A stretch of DNA of 64,000 bases from Candidatus Pyrohabitans jungbluthii (GCA_002010065.2 MTMD02000008.1:32001-96000), one strand, 5' to 3'; positions 48,132-58,399 are shown, counted from the first letter of the stretch. Made by a program: numbers and translations. Notes: a model not told the origin generated them from the letters alone.

Positions 48132-48492
48132 TGCCGAGCCGGAGGGCAGCTTACGCTCCTCCTTGGGAGGAGTGAGGAAACTCCGCCCATCTCCGCGGGA
48201 CCCGGGGGGCGCAAGCCCCGCGCCGAGAGGCGCAGCTCTGGAGCAGAAACGATACGCCGCGCAGGTGCGCCATGAGGCTGAAAAGCCGAGCTTGCCCTGC
48301 GATGGCGGTGAAACGGCCATCTCCGGGGATGCAAGCCCAAAAGGAGGCGTAACGCGACCCGCGGCGTGCCTCGGGTAGGGCGCTCAGACGAATGCTGCCG
48401 TAGGAACCACCCCTTAGATATGGGGGTGTAGAGAGGGGGCAGAGCCCCCTTCTGGTTCCTATAACAGAAGGCGGGTTACTCCCGGCACGGCA
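48132..48492 (+). ncRNA. rnpB: RNase P RNA
   Basis: GAGGAAACTCCGCCC (P4 5') and AACAGAAGGCGGGTTACT (P4 3'), GGTGAAACGGC, and terminal P1 TGCCG..GCCGG/CCGGC.CGGCA. Confidence 0.93.
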
Positions 48493-48542
48493 CCTTTCTT
48501 TCTCACGGCAACTTTTTATTTAACCGCGCCAAAATTACTCCC

Positions 48543-49160
48543 ATGGATATAAAGACCCTGAGGGAGGCTCTGCGAAGGGAGAAGATGTCTCCCTACCTTC
48601 AGGAGCTTGGCAGGGACTTCTACCGCGAGGCTCAGAAGCTTTTTGAAAGGATGCTGGAAGATTATAAGGCTGCAAAGGACTCTGACCTGACGCAGCTATC
48701 TCTAAAGCTGGCGGAGCTGGAGAATCTCAAAAACATGATAAACGACCTTTATGAAACAAGGGAGCGCAAGATTGTGTCCAGTGCTCTGTACTATGTAAAG
48801 TCTGGCGAAGAGGTTGAGTTTGACAACCTTACCGAAGAAGAGGAAGCTCTACTCAGGGAGATTATACGTGTTATCAAAGCGAGCAGAGAAAAAGTGCTCA
48901 CTGGATTTGTAAAAGGGAGAACTGGGGAGAGAGTCGAGGAAAGAAGGGAAGAGGGTAGAAAAGAAATAAGAGAAGAGAAGCGCGGAGAGATACCATTTAT
49001 CACAGTGAGGATTCTCAAGGACTTACCCTCGCTGGTTGGGGTGGATGGGAAAATTTACGGAGACTTCAAGGCTGAGGATGTGGTAACTCTCCCTGAGCCG
49101 AACGCAAAGATTCTTGTTAAGCGTGGAGACGCTGAGCTGATCTCAGTCGGAGACTCATGA
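48543..49160 (+). CDS. GINS complex subunit (Gins51/Gins15 type)
   Basis: L..L..DFY, R..KI and LT.EE motifs, plus C-terminal B-domain VRILKDLP..VG.DG..YG.F..EDVVTLP..NA. Confidence 0.85.
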   Translation: MDIKTLREALRREKMSPYLQELGRDFYREAQKLFERMLEDYKAAKDSDLTQLSLKLAELENLKNMINDLYETRERKIVSSALYYVKSGEEVEFDNLTEEEEALLREIIRVIKASREKVLTGFVKGRTGERVEERREEGRKEIREEKRGEIPFITVRILKDLPSLVGVDGKIYGDFKAEDVVTLPEPNAKILVKRGDAELISVGDS

Positions 49161-49281
49161 GATTCTTTTTTGTTTCGCAGAATAACAGCCACGCTAAAAC
49201 CGATAACTTTATATTTATCCCACATGAAAAATCATGACAAATGTTAATGTAAACTTAGGCTATACCGGCTGCGGTGGTATC

Positions 49282-50118
49282 ATGCAGGACGACGAGCTTG
49301 GTTATTTCCTCAAGGTGAGAGAAAAAGAGACCTTCTTCAGGCGTGAATCTGCCCGGGAGACGAGGGAGCTCAGGTACAACGCTGAGGCGTGCGTAGGCTG
49401 TGGGCTGTGTTATGAAGCCTGCCCCGTAAAGGCTATAAAGCTTGGCCCCACGGGTGCAATAGCAAGGGGTTTAATTGATGCGCCACCTATTGAGATAGAT
49501 GCGGAGCGCTGCGTTCTCTGTGGAGTGTGCAGCGCCGTTTGCATGTTCAACGCCATCGATGTGAGCGTTAATGGTACCTCTGTGAGAGGAAACCCCGAGT
49601 ATCCAAACTTCCTTCGCGCCTTCGTGTTCAACCAAGATAAATGCAAAATGAAGGACGAGAGCAAGGGCGAAGCCTGCGACGAGTGCAAGCGTGCCTGCCC
49701 CAGAGAGGCGATAACCTTCGCCGGCATTATTGAGAGAGGTGGGAAGAAAATAAACACCATAGAGCGGGACGAGGCGAAGTGCGTTTTCTGCTCTTCCTGC
49801 AGCGAAGCGTGTCCCACTCAAGCGATAGCTGTGGAGAAAGTGTTCGAGGGCGAGGTGAGGGTGGACCACGACACCTGCACCGGCTGCGCTTCCTGCGTTG
49901 AGATATGCCCCACTCGGGCAATGCATATGCCACGAGGTGCTCCCTGGGAAAAATCACCCAAGGTGGAGGTTCGCGAGCAGGTGTGCATCTACTGCGGCGC
50001 GTGCGAGCATGTTTGCCCTGTGAACGCGATTGAAGTGGAGCGCACCAAGGTGAACTACTCGCGAGGTGAGGAGCGCTCCTGGACAAAGAAGTGGGAAAAG
50101 ATATTCCGCGAGCTGTGA
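49282..50118 (+). CDS. fwdF: Formylmethanofuran dehydrogenase polyferredoxin subunit F
   Basis: Six 4Fe-4S-type Cys motifs; first gene of the fwd operon; GGTGGT RBS. Confidence 0.85.
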   Translation: MQDDELGYFLKVREKETFFRRESARETRELRYNAEACVGCGLCYEACPVKAIKLGPTGAIARGLIDAPPIEIDAERCVLCGVCSAVCMFNAIDVSVNGTSVRGNPEYPNFLRAFVFNQDKCKMKDESKGEACDECKRACPREAITFAGIIERGGKKINTIERDEAKCVFCSSCSEACPTQAIAVEKVFEGEVRVDHDTCTGCASCVEICPTRAMHMPRGAPWEKSPKVEVREQVCIYCGACEHVCPVNAIEVERTKVNYSRGEERSWTKKWEKIFREL

Positions 50119-50122
50119 TAGT

Positions 50123-50806
50123 ATGAGCTTCAAGCTTGAGATTGACCCGGAAGCCTGCCAGGGCTGTGGGAATTGCATCGTCGTGTGCCCTGTTAATGCA
50201 CTTAGCGATAGCGTAGCTGGTGGACGAGGAGACAGTGAGGATCGAAACTTTGGCGTTAAGGTAGGTGCTGTGCAGATATACGACCCGGAGTTCTGCACAG
50301 GCTGCGGAACCTGCGTGAATACCTGCGGCTATGAGGCGATAACGCTGAAGGCTGAGGTTGCGGAAGAGAGCAGGAAGGAGAAGGTGAAGATAGACGCCTT
50401 GCCTGCGACGGGTGACAAAGCGGAGGTTCTTAAGCTCATTGAGCGTGAGGGACCCCTCAGCATAGCTGAGATTGCTGAGAGGCTGGGTATTCCGCCGGCG
50501 AAGGCCGCAAGTGCTGTTTTTGCTCTGAAGAATGAGAACAAGGTATTCGAGTATGAAAAGCAGAGCGACGGACTAAGAGAGTGGTACACATACTCCACAA
50601 AGCCGCCGGCGAAAAAGGAAGAGGAGAAGAAGGAAGAGGCAGCTGCAGTTGTAAAAGTTGATCCGGCTAAGGCAAGGCGTGTGAGGCAGAGTCTTGCTAC
50701 TACGCTCGAGTCCTTCGATGTGGTTAAGATAAGGTTTCTGATAGAGACGGGCAAGCTGGACAAGGCTATTGAGGAGCTGGTGAGCCGGGTAAAGGAGGAG
50801 GCGTAA
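50123..50806 (+). CDS. fwdG: FwdG-like 2x[4Fe-4S] ferredoxin fused to a winged-helix domain
   Basis: CQGCGNCIVVCPVN and CTGCGTC motifs, then GPLSIAEIAERLGIPPAKAASAVFALK. Confidence 0.75.
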   Translation: MSFKLEIDPEACQGCGNCIVVCPVNALSDSVAGGRGDSEDRNFGVKVGAVQIYDPEFCTGCGTCVNTCGYEAITLKAEVAEESRKEKVKIDALPATGDKAEVLKLIEREGPLSIAEIAERLGIPPAKAASAVFALKNENKVFEYEKQSDGLREWYTYSTKPPAKKEEEKKEEAAAVVKVDPAKARRVRQSLATTLESFDVVKIRFLIETGKLDKAIEELVSRVKEEA

Positions 50807-50807
50807 C

Positions 50808-51203
50808 ATGGAGATCACGCTAATAACCGGTAGAACTGTGGCGCAAGGCGAGGCCATGGAGAAGGGGAAAATCGGAGAGGGCTTTACGAAAGCATGCGCT
50901 GTTATCGAGCTTGACCCTGAGGACATGAGCAAGCTTGGAGCATACGAGGGCGACGAGGTAAGGGTGAAAACCGACTCGGGTGAGGTTGTGGTGGTGGCGA
51001 AGAAATCCAGCTCAGCCCCTCATCCCGGGGTTGCATTTATACCTATGGGGCCCTGGGCGAATGTAATCGTGGGCGGCGATACAGAGAGCACAGGTATGCC
51101 ACCCTTCAAGGGCACAAAAGCGGAGATTACCCTCGCTAAAGGGGAGCGTGTGCTGAGCGCAGCCGAGCTGGTGGCCCAGATTTACACCAAGGATAAGGAG
51201 TGA
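50808..51203 (+). CDS. fwdD: Formylmethanofuran dehydrogenase subunit D
   Basis: TGRTVAQG, FIPMGPWAN and TGMP.FKG motifs. Confidence 0.93.
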   Translation: MEITLITGRTVAQGEAMEKGKIGEGFTKACAVIELDPEDMSKLGAYEGDEVRVKTDSGEVVVVAKKSSSAPHPGVAFIPMGPWANVIVGGDTESTGMPPFKGTKAEITLAKGERVLSAAELVAQIYTKDKE

Positions 51204-52540
51204 GGCTCATGCAAAGATATACCGACGTGATATGCAGCTTTTGCGGCACCCTCTGCGATGATATAGAGGTTGTGGTGGAGGATAATAAGATCGTCGATGT
51301 GAAGCACGCGTGCAGAATAGGCACGGCGAAGTTCCTGGCGAGTAACGACTATGAGCACCGCCTTCTTAAGCCTATGGTGAGGAAGAATGGCAAGCTCGTG
51401 GAAGTGAGCCTTGACGAAGCCATTGAGGAAGCTGCCAGGATTCTTAAAGACGCAACCAAGCCCCTGCTCTACGGGTGGAGTAGCACCAGCTGTGAGGCTC
51501 ATTCTGTTGGTGTAGAGCTTGCGGAGGAGTTAGGTGGAGTTATAGACAACACCACTACGGTATGCCACGGTCCCAGTGTGCTGGCTATACATGACGCTGG
51601 TTACATAAGCTGCACTCTGGGTGAGGTTAAGAATCGTGCTGATTTGATAATCTACTGGGGCGCCAACCCAATGCACGGGCATCCGCGCCACCTCTCGCGC
51701 TATTCCATATTTCCGCGCGGCTACTTCCGCGAGCGCGGACAGCAAGATCGCGAGCTTATTGTTATAGATGTGCGCAAAACCGACACAGCGAAGATAGCCA
51801 ACAAGTTCATAAAGGTGAACTACGGCGAGGACTACGAACTGATCTCGGCGCTGCGCAAGGTTGTTAATGGCGGCGAGCTTCGCGAAGAGAGCGTTGCAGG
51901 CGTCCCCAGAGAGGAGATAATCGCCCTGGCGGAGAAGATGAAGAATGCGCAGTTCGGCGTACTCTTCTTCGGCATGGGGCTTACGCAGAGCTACGGCAGG
52001 CACCGCAACATAGACAATGCGATTAACCTCGTGCGTGACCTGAATGCTCACACAAAGTTTGTGATTATGGCGATGCGCGGGCATTACAACGTTACAGGCT
52101 TCAACGAGGTGCTCAGCTGGCAGGCAGGTTTCCCATATGCTGTGGATTTCGGCAGGGGCTATGCGTGGTACAACCCCGGCGAGACCACAGCCAACGACGT
52201 GCTGCAGCGCGGCGAATGCGACGCCGCGCTGATCATCGCCAGCGACCCTGTCTCACACTTCCCGAGGAAGAGTATAGAACACCTTGCTAGAATACCCTTC
52301 ATAGCCATAGATATACACCCCACGCCGACGACGCAGCTTGCGGATGTAGTTATTCCAAGCGCCATCGCGGGCATAGAGGTGGAAGGTACCGCTTACCGTA
52401 TGGACGCCGTGCCCCTGAGGCTTAGAAAGGTTAAGGAGCCTCCCGAAGGTGTGCTCAGCGACGTTGAAATACTCCGCCGCATCCTTGCCAGAGTGAGGGG
52501 CGAGGAGGCGCTCACGGCGAAGGCGGAGGTGGCAAAATGA
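51200..52540 (+). CDS. fwdB: Formylmethanofuran dehydrogenase subunit B (W/Mo-bis-PGD; Cys ligand)
   Basis: CSFCGTLCDD, VCHGPS, MRGHYNV and GTAYRMD motifs. Confidence 0.95.
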   Translation: MRLMQRYTDVICSFCGTLCDDIEVVVEDNKIVDVKHACRIGTAKFLASNDYEHRLLKPMVRKNGKLVEVSLDEAIEEAARILKDATKPLLYGWSSTSCEAHSVGVELAEELGGVIDNTTTVCHGPSVLAIHDAGYISCTLGEVKNRADLIIYWGANPMHGHPRHLSRYSIFPRGYFRERGQQDRELIVIDVRKTDTAKIANKFIKVNYGEDYELISALRKVVNGGELREESVAGVPREEIIALAEKMKNAQFGVLFFGMGLTQSYGRHRNIDNAINLVRDLNAHTKFVIMAMRGHYNVTGFNEVLSWQAGFPYAVDFGRGYAWYNPGETTANDVLQRGECDAALIIASDPVSHFPRKSIEHLARIPFIAIDIHPTPTTQLADVVIPSAIAGIEVEGTAYRMDAVPLRLRKVKEPPEGVLSDVEILRRILARVRGEEALTAKAEVAK

Positions 52541-54243
52541 GTGGGCTCATCTTGAAGAACGGTTACGTTTACGACCCCCTCAACGGCATTAAGGGGGAGA
52601 AGATGGACATCTGCATAGAGAACGGGAAGATTGTGGAAGAGGTTAGCGATGCAAAGGTTATCGACTGCTCGGGTAAGGTGGTAATGCCTGGCGGAGTGGA
52701 GATACACAGCCACCTAGCGGGGGGCAAGGTGAACGTCGGTAGGATGCTTCGTCCTGAGGACCACCTCAAGAATGTTTACCCCAAGACGAAGCTCACCCGT
52801 GCGGCGAACGGCTATTCCACGCCGTCAACCTTCCTCACAGGCTACCTCTATGCGAAGCTGGGCTATACCACCGCCTTTACCGCGGCTCTACCCCCGCTCA
52901 TGGCAAGGCATACCCACGAGGAGCTTCACGACATACCTATGCTGGACAAGGGCGCGCTTACGCTGATGGGCAACAACTGGTTTATAATGCGCTACCTGAA
53001 GCGTGGTGATGTTGAGCTTGCCGCCGCCTTCGTTGCGTGGCTGCTCAAGGCAGTAAAGGGCTACGCGATAAAGGTTGTGAACCCGGGTGGAGGAGAAGCC
53101 TGGGGCTGGGGTAGAGACGTTCGCAGCCTAGACGACCCAGTGCCCCACTTCGATATAACACCCAGGGAAATAATCTCCGGTCTTGTTAAAGTTAATGAGA
53201 TGCTCGCCCTGCCGCACAGCATCCATCTGCACGCGAATAACCTGGGCAGAGTGGGCAATTTCGCCACGACGCTTGAAACAATGCAGGTGCCCAATGGCAC
53301 AAAACCTGCTCGCGAGAGACAGGTACTCCAGCTTACCCATGCCCAGTTCCACTCCTATGGTGGTGATTCGTGGAAGAACTTCGCCTCCGAGGCGGAGAGC
53401 ATAGCTAAGGCGGTGAACAGCAACGAGAATGTTATAATAGACATTGGACAGGTGGTCTTCGGCGACACAACGACGATGACCGCCGACGGGCCGATGGAGT
53501 ATTACCTTTCTTCCCTTACCGGCTTGAAGTGGGCAAACAAGAATATAGAGCTTGAGACATCGCCAGGGGTTACACCCTTCGTGTACTCAAAGCGCAGCCC
53601 GGTCTCGGCGGTGCAGTGGGCGGTAGGTTTAGAACTGGCGCTCCATATCAACGACGCCTGGAAGGTTCTGCTTACCACCGACCACCCCAATGGTGCGCCC
53701 TTCTTCAAGTACCCGACGATTATAGCGTGGCTTATGAGCAGCAAGTATAGGGAAGAGACGATGAAGGAAGTGCACAGCGCTGCACAGAAGAACACCACCC
53801 TCGCGACCATCGACAGAGAGTACGACTTCTATGAGATTGCGACGATAACCCGCGCGGGGCAGGCGAAGAGCCTCGGGATACAGGAGACGAAGGGACATCT
53901 TGGCGTGGGTGCTGATGCGGATGTAGCTGTGTATGACATTAATCCTGAGGAGATCGACCCAAGCAGGGACTACAAGCTCATTGAGGAGAAATTCGCCCGC
54001 ACCAGCTACACCATAAAGGGTGGCGAGATTGTTGTGAAAGATGGCGAGATAGTTAAGGTGGTACAGGGTAAAACGCTGTACATCGACGCCCGCGTGGATG
54101 AGAGCCTCGAGCGGGAGGTCATGCGGGATATAGACTACTACTTCAAGCGCTTCTACAGCGTTAACTTGGCCAACTACCCGGTGCAGGAGGTTTACCTTAC
54201 CAACCCCACACCTGTGCAGATAGACGCCACTAATGTAAGGTGA
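52537..54243 (+). CDS. fwdA: Formylmethanofuran dehydrogenase subunit A (amidohydrolase)
   Basis: HSH, KVVNPGG, HLHANNLG and TTDHPNG motifs. Confidence 0.95.
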   Translation: MSGLILKNGYVYDPLNGIKGEKMDICIENGKIVEEVSDAKVIDCSGKVVMPGGVEIHSHLAGGKVNVGRMLRPEDHLKNVYPKTKLTRAANGYSTPSTFLTGYLYAKLGYTTAFTAALPPLMARHTHEELHDIPMLDKGALTLMGNNWFIMRYLKRGDVELAAAFVAWLLKAVKGYAIKVVNPGGGEAWGWGRDVRSLDDPVPHFDITPREIISGLVKVNEMLALPHSIHLHANNLGRVGNFATTLETMQVPNGTKPARERQVLQLTHAQFHSYGGDSWKNFASEAESIAKAVNSNENVIIDIGQVVFGDTTTMTADGPMEYYLSSLTGLKWANKNIELETSPGVTPFVYSKRSPVSAVQWAVGLELALHINDAWKVLLTTDHPNGAPFFKYPTIIAWLMSSKYREETMKEVHSAAQKNTTLATIDREYDFYEIATITRAGQAKSLGIQETKGHLGVGADADVAVYDINPEEIDPSRDYKLIEEKFARTSYTIKGGEIVVKDGEIVKVVQGKTLYIDARVDESLEREVMRDIDYYFKRFYSVNLANYPVQEVYLTNPTPVQIDATNVR

Positions 54244-54247
54244 TAGG

Positions 54248-55036
54248 ATGAAGGAGGTTGTGCTTACCCCAAAGGAGCAGCCGAGCTATGGCTTAATCGC
54301 CGAGTGCATAAGTTGCGATGTGTTTGCCGGAAAAAGCATCGACGAGATTAAGGCTCTGCCCGTGTATTACGGCAATAAGCAGGGCGAGCTGGGAGACTTC
54401 TTTGAGATTAGTGGGGAGGTGGCGAGCAGCGCTGAGGAGCAGCGCATAGTTATAGCAGGGGACGTGCCCAAGACGCGCTGGATAGGTAAGGAGATGAGCG
54501 CCGGCGAGATTGTGGTTAAGGGCAGCGCAGAGATGTACGTCGGTGCCTGGATGCGCGGAGGTAAGATTATCGTGGAAGGCAATGTTGGCGCCTTCTCTGG
54601 CATGCTGATGCAGGGCGGCGAGCTTTACGTTAAGGGCAACGCTGGGGATTATCTGGGCTGCTCCTACCGCGGTGAGTGGCGCGGCATGCGGGGCGGCACG
54701 ATAATTGTCGAGGGCAATGCAGGCATGGAGGTAGGGCAGAACCTCAATGGAGGCAGAATTTTCGTAAAGGGTAGTGTGGAGAGCTTCGCCGGCGTGAGGA
54801 TGAAGAAGGGTCTGCTCGTGGTCGGCTCCGCTACTGATCGCGTGGGAGCGCAAATGGTGGGAGGCACCATAGTGGTACTGGGAAACGTTTTAAGGCTGCT
54901 CCCAAGCTTTGACCCCGCTGGCGAGGTGGAGAATCCAAGCGTCGCTGACGAGAGCTTTGAAGGTGTGTTTAACAAGTACACCGGCGACCACGCTGAGAGG
55001 CACGCGAAGGGCGTGCTTTACGTGAGGAAGGAGTAG
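54248..55036 (+). CDS. fwdC: Formylmethanofuran dehydrogenase subunit C
   Basis: Repeated G..M.GG.I.V.G beta-helix and YRGEWRGM. Confidence 0.95.
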   Translation: MKEVVLTPKEQPSYGLIAECISCDVFAGKSIDEIKALPVYYGNKQGELGDFFEISGEVASSAEEQRIVIAGDVPKTRWIGKEMSAGEIVVKGSAEMYVGAWMRGGKIIVEGNVGAFSGMLMQGGELYVKGNAGDYLGCSYRGEWRGMRGGTIIVEGNAGMEVGQNLNGGRIFVKGSVESFAGVRMKKGLLVVGSATDRVGAQMVGGTIVVLGNVLRLLPSFDPAGEVENPSVADESFEGVFNKYTGDHAERHAKGVLYVRKE

Positions 55037-55127
55037 TTGAGAATCAGGCGAAGCTGTATCAAAAAGGTCTGAATACCTTTTGCCCGCCTTTTTCATTTAT
55101 TTCCTTATTTGATTTTTACAAATTTAG

Positions 55128-58100
55128 CTACCCAATCCCCCTAATCTCCTCATAAAGCTCCCGTAGCGCCTCCTCATAATTCATCTCTCCCCTCTCAATG
55201 GCGTCCATCTTTTCCTCGAGTAGCTTTGTCCTCTCCTCTGATACGAAGTTACCATACCTGCGCGAAAGGTAGGTGTAGACCTCCTTCCCTAGCCTTGTGG
55301 GCAGGACTCTGCCGTTGCGCTCAACCACATACCTGCGCAGGAAAAGGCGGTCGAGTATTGTGGCGTAGGTGGAAGGTCTGCCTATGCCGCGAGCCTTCAT
55401 AAGCTGAATAATCTCAGCCTGGGTGAGAAGCTTCGCTTTTGGCAGGAGGAGCACCTTTGCCCTAGCTCTGATTCTGCCAAGAGGTAATGCCTTTCTCACA
55501 GGTGCAGCCCATCGGTAGAGCTCAACTGCTCTCCCCCTCGCCTCCAAAATGCGCTCCTCCTCGATGCTTTCCTCATCCCAGGCGACACGGTAGCGCGCCA
55601 CCTTAGCCACGAATGGCTTTGCCTGGCTTGCCATGAAGCGCCTGAATATTAAGTCGTAAAGCGCCAGGTGGCGCCAGGTTAATGCTTCTGCGTAAACCAC
55701 GCCCTCGCTTATCAATCGCTGCAGCGTCTCCTTGGGCACTGCCCTTGTCGGGCGAATGCACTCGTGCGCACCCTCGGCACGCCACTCTCTGCCGGCGAAA
55801 TCCTCGCCTAAGAATTCCCTCGCCAGCCTCAGTCCAACGTCGCTAACCCTAGTTGAGTCTGTGCGGTGGTAGGTTATAAGTCCGCTTTCGAAGAGTTCCT
55901 GCGCCAGCTTCATGGCATCCTTTGCAGGTATCTTGAGGATAGCGTAGGCGTCCCTGAGAAGGGTGTCTGTCGTGTAGGGTGGCAGAGGGGTGCGTTCTTC
56001 CTCCTTCTCCTCAATCAGAGAGATTTCCAGCTCCAGCTCTTCTCTGTCCACGCCCTCCAGGCTCAGCCCCAGCTCCTTGATCACAGCGACGCGCCTCTTC
56101 TGCTTGTGCTCTTCCGCGCGCCTGATAACCCAGCCCAGCACAGGTGTCTGAGCTCTGCCTGCGGAGAGGTTGGTTCTTGAGAAAACCTGCCACAGCTTCT
56201 GACTCAGGGTGAAGCCTATCCAGCGGTCCTCTATCCTTCGCACAATCTGCGCCTTCACAAGCCTCTCGTCTATGTCGCGGAGGTTGCTTAACGCCTCGCT
56301 TACCGCTCGTCTGGTAACCTCGTGGAACTCCGCCCGCTTAACACGACCGCAGCCCGCGAGAAGATTAGCTAGGTCCCATGCTATCTTCTCCCCTTCTGCA
56401 TCTGGGTCTGTGCCGATTATCACCTCGCCTGCGTCTTTTGCAAGCTTGCGAAGCGTCTCCACTCTGCGAGAAGCGTCGTCTATTGCAATGCTTCCGCATT
56501 TGGGGCAAGCCTCCGCAGTGAAGGTGAACTGGTAGCCGCAGTTTCGGCAGCGCTTTATGCTGGCATAGACCGGCACAAAACTGGAGTTGAGCTCTACTCC
56601 ATGAAAGCCTCGATCGGTTACCAGGTCCACCACATGACCTAAGCATGCGGTGACCAGAAGCACCCGTGTGGAGGTGGGCACCTCATACGCAATAAGCTCA
56701 GCTTCCTCGCCCCTTCGGAGCACGCGAACGCTGGGTTTGCCGAAGAATCGCGAGATCTGCCTTGCCTTTGTTGGACTTTCTACGATAAAAAGCGCAGGAG
56801 TTATCATTTCACTGAGCTTAGCTCTGCGTTTATACTGCACCCTGCTCTCATCAATCTCCCTTGCAAGCTTGGCGAAATCCACCTCCTCGAGGCTTTTAAA
56901 CTCTATATCGTAGTAGCTCGCACGCTGGATAAAGGCGTTGAGAAGTGCCTTATCGTTTTCAAGGAGGAATGAAGCACCCTTGGTAAGCCCTCCTGCGAAT
57001 AACCGTGAGGTTCTCCCAGAGCCCTGAATGTAGGTCCTGACGTCAGGGAATATCACCTCGCCCTCGCGGACAACCACGTCCTTCTCTTCCGTTTTTCCCT
57101 CCTTTACAAGCCTGCCAAGCACCTCACGAAGCCTCTTTTGAAGCTCTGCATCCCTCTCCAGTGTGGAAAGCTTTGGCAGAAACTCTTTAATCTCATCACG
57201 GTTCCTGAAAATAAGCGCAAGCACCCTGAGCATTCCGGGGCTCAAGCTATCTATTTCAGCGAGGCACAGCCTTATCGCGGGTGCGCCCACAAATATCGCG
57301 AAGCGTATGCGCTCCGGCAGGTCTAACCCTCGAACCAAGGTACCGTAGTAGTAGGAGGTGCCTATCAGGTGCTCGAGTTCGCCACGCTCAAAGGCTGCGA
57401 AGTCCCTTTTATCCCCAGAGCTTACAATGCCAACCTTGAGACCATTAAGGGCTTCATGCAGCCTCTCCGCCTCCTCAGCGCTCCTCGCGAAAATCAGCCC
57501 TCCAGAGCCCATTTTCCTGAGGATTTTCTTAATTATGCCAATGTTCTCATCGCTGACTGCGAAGTCCTCGACGTTGCGAAGCGCGTAGCTGGTTGCCCCC
57601 ACGTCAAAGTTCAGAAGCTCCCTGAAAAGCCTCGTCTGCTTCCCGGGCTTAGCCGTAGCCGTGGAAACCATGAGCGCACCCTTGGGTGAGCCCTTCCACT
57701 TTCCACCCTCGCGGGAGAAGCCCAGGAGAAGGAGAATCTTCTCCACATTTCTCGAGCCCTTAAGCACTGCATCCACGTCGTCCACGAAGATGAAGTTGAA
57801 ACTCCTGCCTCTGAGCAGGTCAAACCTCCTGGCAAGGAAGCTTGTTGTGGTAACAAGAATGCTGCATTTTCCCTGAGAAAGAAACTCAAAGAACCTTTCC
57901 TTCTCGTTCTTCTTGAGCTCCGAGTGGTAGTAGAGGACCCCTATGCCCTCACCATCGCCGTTGAAGGACGCGCTTAGCTCTGCTCTACCGGCATAGCTCC
58001 TTAAGCTCGCCACCACCTGATTCACGAGTAGCGTGGTGGGGAGCAGGATGTAGCTTCTTTTATTGTGCAGCGCAAGGAAGAGTGCCATCACAGCACCAAA

Positions 58101-58358
58101 GGACGTCTTCCCCACGCCAGTGGGCGCGACAGCCGCAAAGCTCTCGCCGCGAAGCACGCGCCGCGCCCAAAGCTGTTGGAGTGCCCTCGGTTCAGCAATG
58201 GTTTTCCTGAAAAAGCTCAGAAACTCCTCAACCAGTGCCTCCTCTTTTGTGAGGCACAGCAGCTTTCCCCGCAGCCTACATATCCCCTGCCCGGCTTCGT
58301 CTACGCTTAAATCACCGCCGCATTCGCTGCAGAGAGCCTCGTAAATAGCCTCGAGCAT
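55128..58358 (-). CDS. rgy: Reverse gyrase
   Basis: N-terminal Zn finger, APTGVGKT, DDVD, QGSGRTSR, TOPRIM VESPTKA, DPD.EGE and catalytic ITYHRTDS. Confidence 0.96.
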   Translation of the reverse strand: MLEAIYEALCSECGGDLSVDEAGQGICRLRGKLLCLTKEEALVEEFLSFFRKTIAEPRALQQLWARRVLRGESFAAVAPTGVGKTSFGAVMALFLALHNKRSYILLPTTLLVNQVVASLRSYAGRAELSASFNGDGEGIGVLYYHSELKKNEKERFFEFLSQGKCSILVTTTSFLARRFDLLRGRSFNFIFVDDVDAVLKGSRNVEKILLLLGFSREGGKWKGSPKGALMVSTATAKPGKQTRLFRELLNFDVGATSYALRNVEDFAVSDENIGIIKKILRKMGSGGLIFARSAEEAERLHEALNGLKVGIVSSGDKRDFAAFERGELEHLIGTSYYYGTLVRGLDLPERIRFAIFVGAPAIRLCLAEIDSLSPGMLRVLALIFRNRDEIKEFLPKLSTLERDAELQKRLREVLGRLVKEGKTEEKDVVVREGEVIFPDVRTYIQGSGRTSRLFAGGLTKGASFLLENDKALLNAFIQRASYYDIEFKSLEEVDFAKLAREIDESRVQYKRRAKLSEMITPALFIVESPTKARQISRFFGKPSVRVLRRGEEAELIAYEVPTSTRVLLVTACLGHVVDLVTDRGFHGVELNSSFVPVYASIKRCRNCGYQFTFTAEACPKCGSIAIDDASRRVETLRKLAKDAGEVIIGTDPDAEGEKIAWDLANLLAGCGRVKRAEFHEVTRRAVSEALSNLRDIDERLVKAQIVRRIEDRWIGFTLSQKLWQVFSRTNLSAGRAQTPVLGWVIRRAEEHKQKRRVAVIKELGLSLEGVDREELELEISLIEEKEEERTPLPPYTTDTLLRDAYAILKIPAKDAMKLAQELFESGLITYHRTDSTRVSDVGLRLAREFLGEDFAGREWRAEGAHECIRPTRAVPKETLQRLISEGVVYAEALTWRHLALYDLIFRRFMASQAKPFVAKVARYRVAWDEESIEEERILEARGRAVELYRWAAPVRKALPLGRIRARAKVLLLPKAKLLTQAEIIQLMKARGIGRPSTYATILDRLFLRRYVVERNGRVLPTRLGKEVYTYLSRRYGNFVSEERTKLLEEKMDAIERGEMNYEEALRELYEEIRGIG

Positions 58359-58399
58359 CACTCAAAAAAGCGGCGCCACCAGAGATAAATACTTTCCCA

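Noticed and set aside
48078-48378. ORFs 48109-48378 (+), 48125-48340 (-) and the 81-aa N-terminal extension of the Hef ORF
   Set aside because: They overlap the GC-rich RNase P RNA, so the open frames are a by-product of its composition.
51200-52540. Selenocysteine-containing FwdB (FwuB)
   Set aside because: The ligand codon is TGC (VCHGP) and there is no in-frame TGA.
55128-58358. Intein or split in reverse gyrase (Hel308 and Hef also checked)
   Set aside because: The lengths are normal and no intein splice motifs or LAGLIDADG blocks were seen.
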